From NCBI GenBank assembly GCA_036675505.1, contig JAKFEW010000047.1:8821-72820 (forward strand): DNA of 64,000 nt, read 5' to 3'. A program made the translations under genes and the position numbers. The DNA is from Candidatus Sericytochromatia bacterium (GTDB lineage: Bacteria > Cyanobacteriota > Sericytochromatia > S15B-MN24 > JAQBPE01). This document shows positions 25,967 through 34,086 of this stretch, in pieces; position 1 is the first letter of the stretch; each line of letters opens with the position of its first letter. A model generated the notes under the pieces. It searched no databases and was not told the DNA's origin. It worked only from the letters and a program-made list of their open reading frames with translations.

Positions 25967-26000
25967 CCCCGCCTGCGATAGCAGGCGGGGTCTTGCTTTG
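25967..26000 (+). terminator. Rho-independent terminator after tRNA-Glu
   Basis: ccccgcctgc-gata-gcaggcgggg perfect 10-bp stem, followed by tcTTgcTTTg. Confidence 0.65.
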
Positions 26001-26287
26001 AGGGCCGGTGCCGAATTTGGACCAACAGCCGCGTCGCCGGAGAAGATTCGAAGAGCGAGGCTATCGGCTCATCTTCAAGTTCGAATCCCGTCGGGTCGGT
26101 GGGTGCCTGTCAGCGAAGATGACGTCGATCGGCCGTTACAAGGCCCGGCGCAAAGGCGGCGGCACCTGAGGGTCGGCGTGCCGCGCCCGGCGCCCCCCGG
26201 CCTGTCTGGCGGGGAGCGGAAGTCGATGCCATTTGGCTCACGGGAGCGTGGGCGACGGCCTCGCCGGAACAGTCGGCACTGCTCCCC

Positions 26288-26878
26288 TTACCTGGGCACG
26301 CGCGCGACGATCGTGCCCCGCAGCTTGAATGTGCCCGTGGACCTGGCTTCAGCCACGGTGTCCGGGCTGTCGTCCGGCTCAAACATCAGGTCGAGGTTCA
26401 GGTCGATCCGATCGTCTTCCAAATCGTCGACCTCGACCGTCCCCGACGTCGCATGCCAGCGCCACCCATTGGTCGCGGTCGACTGGTCGAACTGCACGTT
26501 GGCCGTGCCGGGCGGGTCGTCCTTGCCGACCCGCCGTACGGTGTAGGTCCGCCCGCTTGCCGGTTTGCCCCAGATGGACACCGCAATCGAGCCAACCTTG
26601 CCCGTGTCGGCCTTTGGCCGCAGCGAGAAGTTCGGGCCCCAGAAGTTCGAGCCCATCTTCCCCAGGCCCTGCTCGTGGACGACGTCGGCGATCGGGCTCG
26701 CATCGAAGTTGCCTGGCGTAATGGCGGAGAACCACAGCTTCGCCCGCGTGCCTCCTTCGTCTTCGAGGGACACGAGCGTCACCTCGCCCGGCCGCTTTTC
26801 GTCGAGGCCCGCGAGCAGGTAGCACCCGGCAAGCGTCGAGGCCGTGCCGAACACGGCGACGGCCAGCGTTTGGGCCAT
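26288..26878 (-). CDS. Hypothetical lipoprotein
   Basis: MAQTLAVAVFGTASTLAGC lipobox at the trimmed start (26878). The longer ORF-track N-terminus overlaps repeat copy 1 and looks spurious. Confidence 0.5.
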   Translation of the reverse strand: MAQTLAVAVFGTASTLAGCYLLAGLDEKRPGEVTLVSLEDEGGTRAKLWFSAITPGNFDASPIADVVHEQGLGKMGSNFWGPNFSLRPKADTGKVGSIAVSIWGKPASGRTYTVRRVGKDDPPGTANVQFDQSTATNGWRWHATSGTVEVDDLEDDRIDLNLDLMFEPDDSPDTVAEARSTGTFKLRGTIVARVPR

Positions 26879-27095
26879 GCAGTTGCGAATGAAGCTCAAC
26901 TCAACCTCCTTGGAGCAGGCGAGCACTTTGGGCCGCCCAGGCAGCCCACATTGTACATCGGGAGGCGTGGCGCTGAACCTGATCACGATTTCGAACATTT
27001 GCACCGCCGCCTGTCCGAATTGGCCCGCGTCATGCGGCACCCGGTACAAGCGTCCGGACCTCCGGGGTGACCATGGCTCGGCAAAGCTCGCCAGC

Positions 27096-27144
27096 GAAAG
27101 TTCTAACATCGTTCCGTTGGGGGTACAAGCGAGCAAGGGTTCCG
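27096..27144 (+). repeat. Island direct repeat, copy 1 (GAAAGTTCTAACATCGTTCCGTTGGGGGTAC-aagcgag-CAAGGGTTCCG)
   Basis: It shares a 16/16 core with copies 2 and 3. Its 3' half (CCGTTGGGGGTAC) resembles the tRNA-Glu 3' end (CCGTTCGGGGTAC). Confidence 0.7.
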
Positions 27145-27168
27145 TCGATCAGTCGATGGGACCCTTCT

Positions 27169-27687
27169 TCATTCGGATGCCGTCTCGGGCTGCGGGCGTG
27201 GCGTTACTTCTCGCCCCCACTTCATGAATTCGGCCCGATCCATGGTCTTCTGCTTGTCCTCGGCCAACATATCGAACGCCTCGTCCGTCCGGCCGCCCAG
27301 CATCGCCTCGAGGTACCGCTGGCCGCCCTTCACGTAGATCGCCGTGTCGGTCGGCACGCGCGTGACGGCGTCGGCGATTTCAACGCCCACAGGGTCGTGT
27401 ACGATGAGCGTTGAGAGTTGATCGCCGAGAAAGCCGACGATCATCGACAGCTCGCGCTTCTCGAACACGAACAAGCCCTTGAACTGGCGAGACCGGCGGG
27501 ACCCGTTGAGGTTGTCGCTGAACTCGTCCGACTTGATCGACTCGAGCGCTCCGAAGCGCGTCGCGATCTCCTTGACGAACGCCGCGAATAGCTCCGGATC
27601 GACCGCCTTGGCCTTGAGCTCGGGCGCGAGCTGCGCCTCGATCTGGGCCAGGCTGGCGCCACGCGTGGCCTCGAAGAATTGTTTGGT
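27169..27687 (-). CDS. Hypothetical protein. Only the C-terminal 172 codons are convincing. The 5' part is probably frameshifted or truncated (pseudogene candidate).
   Basis: The well-formed coding part is TKQFFEATRGASLAQIEAQLAPELKAKAVD...MKWGREVTPRPQPETASE. The upstream part of the 439-aa ORF is Cys/Arg-rich junk. A different frame (ORF 27441..27950) carries a plausible continuation ...PLVRIEFDVPVP. Confidence 0.35.
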   Translation of the reverse strand, partial: TKQFFEATRGASLAQIEAQLAPELKAKAVDPELFAAFVKEIATRFGALESIKSDEFSDNLNGSRRSRQFKGLFVFEKRELSMIVGFLGDQLSTLIVHDPVGVEIADAVTRVPTDTAIYVKGGQRYLEAMLGGRTDEAFDMLAEDKQKTMDRAEFMKWGREVTPRPQPETASE

Positions 27688-27922
27688 GTCGGCACCGGAA
27701 CGTCGAACTCGATGCGCACGAGCGGGCTCACCGTCGGCGCTCTTGCAAGCGGCTTGACCTGGCCCACGGCAACGCCGGTCAGTCGTCCGGTAGACGAGAC
27801 AAGCGTAAGCGTCGTCGTCGCACGGGGGCTGGCCGAGCTGTCCGTCCAATTCCGATGGCGGGAGGGTATGCAAGTCCCAAGGGCATGAATTCCATCGGCG
27901 GTAGCTGCGGCAGTGTGACTCG

Positions 27923-28357
27923 ATGCGTTGGACCAAGCTAGCGAGCGCATGGGCGCTGGTGGTGGTAGCCGGGCTGTATTCGGCGAGCTTGGTGCCGAGC
28001 TGGCACCTGGGCACGATGCTGTGGCCTTGGGCCGCGATCGGGAGCTTCCTGGCGTTGGCTCTCCTTCTTTGGCAGACGCCGGATGACGTCGATTTCGACG
28101 TGTGGCGGCGCTTCCCGACGTGGACCGTTGTTGGCTGCGCGTTCTTCGCGATCAGCGTGATGGGGAACACCATATACCTCGGCGACGAGATCGCGGTCCG
28201 CGACGGTCGACTTGCGATGCGGCAAGACTCCAGGTGGACTTCCATTTCGGAAGACGAACCGGCTCGCCAAATGGACATGAAGCTCAGGCTGGGCCTGGGC
28301 TTGGTGCTGCCGGGCTTCCTCTTCCTCGTCCTGGCCAATCGCCGTCGAGGCGGCTGA
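27923..28357 (+). CDS. Hypothetical membrane protein (3-4 TM helices)
   Basis: Hydrophobic segments (LASAWALVVVAGLYSASLV, AAIGSFLALALLLW, VVGCAFFAISVMG, LGLGLVLPGFLFLVLA). Coding-like GC3. Confidence 0.5.
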   Translation: MRWTKLASAWALVVVAGLYSASLVPSWHLGTMLWPWAAIGSFLALALLLWQTPDDVDFDVWRRFPTWTVVGCAFFAISVMGNTIYLGDEIAVRDGRLAMRQDSRWTSISEDEPARQMDMKLRLGLGLVLPGFLFLVLANRRRGG

Positions 28358-28488
28358 CGTTCGAGCGGCGTCGCCCAGCTGCAAGGGGGCAAGCCACTGC
28401 GATATGCTTCCGAGGTCAAGACAGCCACAGCGGTGTCTACCGGCCAGTGGAGAAGTTCTTGGGTTGCAAGCGCGGCAGCAAAGCTCAC

Positions 28489-28540
28489 GAAAGAAGTTCT
28501 AACATCGCCCCGTTGGGGGTACTATCATGCAAGGGTCCCG
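28489..28540 (+). repeat. Island direct repeat, copy 2 (GAAAGaagTTCTAACATCGCCCCGTTGGGGGTAC-tatcatg-CAAGGGTCCCG)
   Basis: Read directly in the sequence. It has a 3-nt insertion relative to copy 1. Confidence 0.7.
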
Positions 28541-28832
28541 CCTGGATGCAGGCGGGACCTTCATTTTGAGGGCAGCCGCTACTCCATCTCCATCACGTCG
28601 ACGAACCGCCCGTCGATGCCCTGGCCGTTCGCGAAGTTTCGACCCGTTGACACGGGTGTCGAGGCCGTTCGCGGGCTGTCGTCGAATACGATGCGGTTCC
28701 AAGCGCCCCGACTTGAATCAGAAGCCGGACCGTCTCCTCGTCGAAGCACGCGAAGGACCGATTCCCGGTTTCGCAAATGTGTTGACAATTCCGTGTGATA
28801 AGGCTACCTTGGGGACAGGGAAAAAGGTCCGA

Positions 28833-29111
28833 ATGCCCTTTTGGAACCGGAAGCGAAATGGCATCACCTTTGTCTTCAAGTCGGACCCGGTTGACGACAC
28901 GATGGCGCATATCTTCGCCCGGCACCGCAAGACTGAGGCGCAGGCGATGGCCATCTGGTTCGGCTTCACAAAGGAGCGGTAGAACGACGAGCACCAGCGG
29001 TTCGAGTCCTACACAGACGCGGAAGGCCTATTCTGGAAGTGGCATGACAAGGACACCGACAACACCCTTGTCCTGGTCATCAGCTGCTTCGATCGTCGCG
29101 AAGGCGAGTAA
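28833..29111 (+). pseudogene. brnT: BrnT-like (DUF497) ribonuclease toxin gene interrupted by an in-frame TAG at 28980-28982
   Basis: The N-terminal half (...ITFVFKSDPVDDTMAHIFARHRKTEAQAMAIWFGFTKER*) resembles BrnT FEWD..K...N..KHGVSFEEA..VF. Reading through the TAG in the same frame gives NDEHQRFESYTDAEGLFWKWHDKDTDNTLVLVISCFDRREGE*, which matches the BrnT C-terminal block (ER....G...LLVVV.T.R...IRIISAR). Confidence 0.55.
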
Positions 29112-29122
29112 GGGAGGCTGTT

Positions 29123-29473
29123 ATGTCGACCAACACCAACCCACGCCCCCGGCGCGTAGCGCCTGAACCTGGTCTGACGGCGTCTCAGGCCGAGATGAGC
29201 GAGCGTGAGCCGTGCACGTTCGACGATCCGGCATCGGAGGCTCATGCCGAGGCCGCGATCGCCCAGGCGGACGCGGAATTGGCCGCCCGAAAGCCCAACG
29301 TCAACTTTCGTTGGGAAGCCGCGCCGCTTGACGTGGTTCGGCTCGCGGCCGAACTCGCGGGCGTCCCCTATCAGACCTGGATGAAGCAGGTGCTATACAA
29401 GGAGGCCGTCGCGGCCATCACGGCCGCCCGCGAGGTGGACCCCCGCGCCCGCAAGCTCGCCGGCGGCGGCTAA
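29123..29473 (+). CDS. brnA: BrnA-like antitoxin (DUF4415/RHH-like)
   Basis: RKPNVNFRWEAAPLDVVRLAAELAGVPYQTWMKQVLYKEAV matches the BrnA C-terminal signature (...isiRLpe.lle.lk.lA...gvpYQtlin..L.e...). GGGAGG RBS. It lies 12 nt after the brnT stop. Confidence 0.65.
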   Translation: MSTNTNPRPRRVAPEPGLTASQAEMSEREPCTFDDPASEAHAEAAIAQADAELAARKPNVNFRWEAAPLDVVRLAAELAGVPYQTWMKQVLYKEAVAAITAAREVDPRARKLAGGG

Positions 29474-29528
29474 CCACTTCGCCGATGTCAGCCACGACGG
29501 GCATCCGGTTCATGGGTGTGGGATTCTC

Positions 29529-30296
29529 ATGTCCCCCATGATCATGCGAAGCGGATGGGTCTACTGCGACTGCTGGCGTGCCGGCCGGATCGGCGCGCTG
29601 CCGTTCCCGCGAGAATGGGTCAAGGTGGACCCCGAGTCGGGCGGGACGTGGGTCGAGAACCCGGCTTGGCCTCACCCTCCCGCCGACGGGACGCCGGCTC
29701 GCGAGGCGTTGGATGCCTCCAACGAGGCGCTCCGGCAGGCCTGTCCGCATGGCTTCAACGACGAGATGCTCACCAACGTGGACGGCGTCGACGGGCTCGC
29801 GAGGCGCCTGAAGGCCAATGGCGCCCCACACCTCTCGCACCTCATGGCCTTGTTGGAGGACCCCGGCCCGTACACGTCGCCGGCCGTCGCAGAGTCCGCA
29901 CTGCCGGAGCTGACGGTGGCGGAGGCTACGCTCGTCACGGAACGGGGCCTGGCGATCGTGGATGCGGACACCGGGGAGACCCTCGCAGGGCCACTACCGC
30001 CCGAGCTTCACCAGCAGCTCTACTTACCTCTGGATCACGAGCGAATCTTGTACCTGGAGGGCCGCGAACTGGTTCTGAAGCGCCACTTTCGGGTCGTCGA
30101 GGTGCGCCGCTTCAGGGCGCGTGACGTCCGGCTGCGGACCCGGAAGGTCGAGGATCTAGGAAGAGGTCCGGGGATCACCGCAGGGCGACGTTTCCGCGTC
30201 GAGGAGCGGCCGTATCGGCCCTATGCGGACCTGGTGAGCAGCCTGCGGGCGTTGTGCCTGGAGTCCGTGCGCTTCCGGAACCCGATCGTGTGGTAG
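29529..30296 (+). CDS. Hypothetical protein (255 aa), unknown function
   Basis: Strong GC3 bias. No recognisable domain. It lies immediately upstream of, and co-oriented with, the HTH antitoxin-like gene. Confidence 0.5.
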   Translation: MSPMIMRSGWVYCDCWRAGRIGALPFPREWVKVDPESGGTWVENPAWPHPPADGTPAREALDASNEALRQACPHGFNDEMLTNVDGVDGLARRLKANGAPHLSHLMALLEDPGPYTSPAVAESALPELTVAEATLVTERGLAIVDADTGETLAGPLPPELHQQLYLPLDHERILYLEGRELVLKRHFRVVEVRRFRARDVRLRTRKVEDLGRGPGITAGRRFRVEERPYRPYADLVSSLRALCLESVRFRNPIVW

Positions 30297-30430
30297 CCCG
30301 GCCATCTTGGTCAGGCCGGCATCCAGCCGTGCACGGTCCTCCGCGATCGCCCGGGATCCACACGACCTGTTCGCCTGGCCATTTGGGCCGCTCAAGCCGC
30401 ACCGGGCAGCAGTTCCTGAACTTCGGGCTC

Positions 30431-30694
30431 ATGGAGGGCCGATATGAAGACGCAGATGAGCTGGCGATCAAAGCCGAGCTGGCTTCGAGCATCCACGCGA
30501 TGGTCGAGGCGCGCGAGTTCACTCAGGAGCAGGCTGCCAAGGTCCTTGGGATGCCAAGACCCGAGGTGAGCCACCTGATGCGCGGGCGGCTCGCGCGCTT
30601 CACGATCGACCGGCTCGTGCGGGCCCACAACGCCCTCGCCCCCGACATCAGGATCGGGATCTCGTCTCAGCCTCGAAAGGCTGTACAGATGTAG
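30431..30694 (+). CDS. XRE/HTH_37-type antitoxin-like DNA-binding protein (HigA-family-like)
   Basis: AREFTQEQAAKVLGMPRPEVSHLMRGRLARFTIDRLVRAHNALAPDIRIGI matches the HTH_37/HigA2-like antitoxin pattern (..tQ.eaA..lg..q..vS.l.rGk...fsldrL...l.aLg..v.i). No RelE/HigB-like toxin lies adjacent. Confidence 0.6.
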   Translation: MEGRYEDADELAIKAELASSIHAMVEAREFTQEQAAKVLGMPRPEVSHLMRGRLARFTIDRLVRAHNALAPDIRIGISSQPRKAVQM

Positions 30695-31189
30695 ATGATG
30701 GCGACCGAAGGAGACGCGGTCGTGCCCCTGATGAGCTACGACGACTTCTTGAAGCTCGAGATTCCGGGCGAGGTGATCGAGGGCGTGCTCTATCTGGGAG
30801 GCCGGCGCGTCAAGGATTGGCGCAAGCTTGCGGAGTTGCTTGACGACGGCGACGAGGATGGCTAGGTCGTCGTTAGTCGGGTCAGGCCCTCAGCCAGGCG
30901 TGGATCAGGATGCTCAGGTCCAGATAGGTGCGGAGCTTCACTTCCCTTGATCATCTCAATCAGCGCCACCAGTTCAGGTGTTGAATTATGCGCGCAGCGG
31001 GCAGGTCACGATGTCCGAAGGGACGTGACCGCCCGACTGTGATCCAAGTGGTGTGGCCATCCTGGCGGTTCGATCCCCGTTGGCAGGGACACGCCCGAGG
31101 CAGACGCGTGTGCTGCGCGCCTGACGGCACCCTTCGGCAACCGCCTGCATTTCAACGAGCGGGCGGCGGGCGGCAGCCAAGCAGGGCCG

Positions 31190-31945
31190 TCAGCGGCCGC
31201 CGGCGACGTCCCACCAAGGCACGCCCTGGCTATCGTAGATGCCCACGGCGTAGTCGCGCACGGCCACCAAGTGGCCATTCGAGGTGGCCCTCAGGGCCCG
31301 CCAGGGCCCCTTGGGGCCGGCCGAAATGGGCATGTAGAGCAACGCGCCGGCCCGGCGCGGATCCACGCCGACGCCCGCCGAGTCGCCGCCCTCCGACGTC
31401 GCCGAGGTGCGATCGCCCACCATGGGCGCGAGCGCCACGGTCCCGGCCAGCACGTCCGGCCCGAGCTTCCCGCCCCACGGGCTGCGGTCGTAGTCATCCG
31501 CCGATTTCGCCTGCCACATCGCCACGAACTCCGCGCCAGTCGGCAGACGGTGCGCGCTGCCACGGTACGCCTCCACCATGGCCACAGCGTTACGGATGCG
31601 GTCCTGCGCGTAGCGATCCTGGGCCATGCGGACGACCACGCCGCGTGGGACCACGCTGCAGAGCAGGAGCAACGAAAGCAGGCCCGCCCCCGCAAGGCCG
31701 CCGGGCGTGCCGGGCAGGCGGCTCGCCTTGCCGGCCGCCTTGAACCCGGCGACCACGAGCATGGCCACGGACACGCTCGCGCAAGCCGCCGCCAGCCGAT
31801 CGAGGACTTCGGTCTCGCCCCGGATCAAGTCGAAGAAGACCGCCGGCTGGAGAGCTGCGGGCCCGTTCCAGATCGTGACGGCGCTGCAGGTGAAAACGTA
31901 GAGCACCACCAGGGCATAGGGGATGCCGATGAGCCACTTCAACAC
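31190..31945 (-). CDS. Hypothetical membrane protein
   Basis: The N-terminus has TM segments (LIGIPYALVVLYVFTCSAVTIW, VSVAMLVVAGFKAAG...LLSLLLLCSVV). Coding-like GC3. Confidence 0.5.
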   Translation of the reverse strand: MLKWLIGIPYALVVLYVFTCSAVTIWNGPAALQPAVFFDLIRGETEVLDRLAAACASVSVAMLVVAGFKAAGKASRLPGTPGGLAGAGLLSLLLLCSVVPRGVVVRMAQDRYAQDRIRNAVAMVEAYRGSAHRLPTGAEFVAMWQAKSADDYDRSPWGGKLGPDVLAGTVALAPMVGDRTSATSEGGDSAGVGVDPRRAGALLYMPISAGPKGPWRALRATSNGHLVAVRDYAVGIYDSQGVPWWDVAGGR

Positions 31946-32248
31946 GTCCGGGCCTCCTTCATGGCACCTGTGTACCCGGCGTCACCGGAGGCCGTGATTT
32001 CGTGGCTGCCCTGGCGCGTCCGGATTCGAGCCGCCGCGCCCCGAAGCGATGCCCCGCCGGCCGCCAGCGCCAAGTACATCCTTGGTGCGACCCCCGTCCT
32101 GCGCGTCGAGTTCAAGCGGTTCATCGCCGAGCATGGGGACGTGGCCCAGCCGGTGCCCGGGAGGGCGGCGAACCAGAACACGATGCTCTGATCAAGCTGG
32201 TACCGCTTCGCACGCCAGGCCGGTCATCGCTACGCTGAAGTGGTGGAC

Positions 32249-32278
32249 GAAAGTTCTAACATTGTCCCGTTGGGGGTC
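32249..32278 (+). repeat. Island direct repeat, copy 3 (GAAAGTTCTAACATTGTCCCGTTGGGGGTC)
   Basis: Read directly in the sequence. It lacks the CAAGGGTYCCG tail. Confidence 0.65.
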
Positions 32279-32307
32279 TCACATTCCGGCCCCTCCAGCG
32301 CCTCGAC

Positions 32308-32859
32308 TCAAGTCACTTGAGTTGGGGCTTCTTGCTTCGCGTCGTTTCGACGCTGCGCCCGTGCCCGGATCAGCGCGATGGCGGCCTGGCAGGTGTCTTC
32401 GAGCGTGTCCTGGATCGCGACCGCCGGGCATTCCTGCGCGAAGCGGTGGCGGATGTAGCGCGCTCCGGTGAAGCCTTCTTCGATCCCAACCGCGAGGGCC
32501 ACGCCGTCTCGCCGGTGGTTCTCCTTCCACTCCGCGAGCTCGAAGCGCGTGGTCTGGGCGTAGGCGCGCTCGCAGCGGTGGAAGCGCTCGGCGGCGAGCC
32601 AGAACAGCACCACGCCGTCAGTCCCCGCCCGCCGCAGGTACGCCGTCTCCCAGTCGACTTGTTCCTCGTACATCGCCTGGTCGAAATCGCGATCGACGTC
32701 CACCGGCCGGCGCGGGTTGGCGATGTGGACGTCGGGCGCGTGGCGCAGGAGGTAGGCGATTGCCTCGTCTTGCCAGGCCGAGGTCCAGGTCGGACCGGCC
32801 AGGAAGACCAGCGGACCTTCGATGACAGGATGCGCCGGGGCTACGATGAGCTTGCCCAT
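32308..32859 (-). CDS. Nucleoside 2-deoxyribosyltransferase-like (SLOG-superfamily) protein
   Basis: MGKLIVAPAHPVIEGPLVFLAGPTW... carries the 'FLAGP' Rossmann-like signature of Ndt-like and DUF4406 proteins. GGAGGA RBS. I trimmed the start to M12. Confidence 0.5.
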   Translation of the reverse strand: MGKLIVAPAHPVIEGPLVFLAGPTWTSAWQDEAIAYLLRHAPDVHIANPRRPVDVDRDFDQAMYEEQVDWETAYLRRAGTDGVVLFWLAAERFHRCERAYAQTTRFELAEWKENHRRDGVALAVGIEEGFTGARYIRHRFAQECPAVAIQDTLEDTCQAAIALIRARAQRRNDAKQEAPTQVT

Positions 32860-33026
32860 GGATCGGTCCTCCACAAAGTGTAAAGTGTACAATAAGCAGT
32901 GTAGGCGAGATGGGAACGGCTGGTCAAGCCTTCGGTGCTCGAATCATCAAGCTCCCAGGGCTCGGCTTCGCCGGCGGTCTGCCAGATCCCCGCGTTCCCA
33001 GTCAGGATTGCGCGGAGGGTCTCGAC

Positions 33027-33914
33027 TCAGCGCCGCAGCTGTTGGGCCGTAAAGGCCGAGTAGTCCTCGGATGGCGAAGCGACGTCCGAGGACGTGAGGC
33101 CCGCGGACGCCAAGACGCGGCCGAGCTGGCCCGCGAAGGCGTATTCCCGATCGGTGGTCAGCGGCGCGACCGGCGCGCCTTCGACCTCGAATAGCTCGGC
33201 CGGACGGCCCTGTGCGTCGCGCACCGCGTGCCGGCGCAGAATCAGCCGGGTACCGTCGTCCGCGGATGTCGTGGCCCAGGTCTGCGTCTGCTTCATCGAT
33301 GACGGCAGATAGGGCTCGCGCGTCAACATGCCGCCGCTCAGGCGCCGCAGCACGTCGCCGTTCAGCTCGCGCCAGATCCGGTCTACAACGTCTCCCTGCC
33401 GGCGCAGCGGCTCCCCGCCGTTCTCGAGCAAGCCGAAGAAGGTCCGAGTCGCGCCGATCAGGCCCGCGGCGGGCTTCAGGTCGTCACGCCAGACCCAGCG
33501 CGTGTCCAGGTTGATCGGCACGCCGCCGTCCGGCACGATCAAGCGGAGACTGTAGTGACTGAGCTGCCAGGCGGCGGCGTCCCCGCTGAGCTGCAGCGTA
33601 AGCGTGGGGCGCTGCTTGTCGTCGAAGCTGTAGTTCCTGGAGAAGGACGCGACCCACCACTGCTCGAGCTCCACCTCGGCGCTCTCGGGCCGCGTGGTCC
33701 AGGTGAAGGCCCGCTGAAGGCGCGAGAAGCCCTCGGCGGTCAGCGTTGCGTGGTAGGCGACGGAGAGGTGGGCCTCGGGCGTCAGTCCGGCGGCACGCAC
33801 ACCGAGCGGGGCGCGCGCCGTCAAGGCCACGGTCGGCGAGCCCGGGCGGGCGGTGGCGCATCCGGCGAGGGTGACCAGCGCGAGGGTCGCGAGGAGCAAG
33901 GGACGACAAGACAT
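33027..33914 (-). CDS. Hypothetical lipoprotein
   Basis: MSCRPLLLATLALVTLAGC lipobox at the trimmed start (33914). Confidence 0.5.
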   Translation of the reverse strand: MSCRPLLLATLALVTLAGCATARPGSPTVALTARAPLGVRAAGLTPEAHLSVAYHATLTAEGFSRLQRAFTWTTRPESAEVELEQWWVASFSRNYSFDDKQRPTLTLQLSGDAAAWQLSHYSLRLIVPDGGVPINLDTRWVWRDDLKPAAGLIGATRTFFGLLENGGEPLRRQGDVVDRIWRELNGDVLRRLSGGMLTREPYLPSSMKQTQTWATTSADDGTRLILRRHAVRDAQGRPAELFEVEGAPVAPLTTDREYAFAGQLGRVLASAGLTSSDVASPSEDYSAFTAQQLRR

Positions 33915-34037
33915 GCCATGCCTTCTCGGGCGGTCGATCCTGGAACATACGTCCGCGGAAAAATCCTTAACTCGTGCTTGCTCGCGCTGCGATTCGGCGT
34001 AAGTCGTCGACTTCGGGCGAGGCCTGGTTTGCGACGA

Positions 34038-34068
34038 AGCGTGCCCCGAAGGTTCAATAACCGTCCAG
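34038..34068 (+). repeat. Island direct repeat, copy 4 (most diverged: GAAGGTTCAATAACCGTCCAGTTGGGGGTAC)
   Basis: It shares GTTGGGGGTAC and GGTTCAAT with the T-loop/acceptor region of tRNA-Glu. A CAAGG sequence follows ~25 nt downstream. Confidence 0.5.
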
Positions 34069-34086
34069 TTGGGGGTACTGGCAAGT

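Noticed and set aside
25998-26546. 182-aa + strand ORF immediately after the tRNA-Glu terminator
   Set aside because: It has a TTG start, a low-complexity Arg/Ser/Pro-rich product and weak third-position bias. It is more likely a non-coding island border than a gene.
27096-34068. Reading the four island repeats as integron attC sites or as ECF-sigma promoters
   Set aside because: No inverted R''/L''-L'/R' core pairs (RYYYAAC...GTTRRRY) flank a central bulge. A GGAAC -35-like element occurs on the reverse strand in copy 1 only and is not conserved in copies 2-4. I prefer the tRNA-3'-end-derived att relic explanation, which is still unproven.
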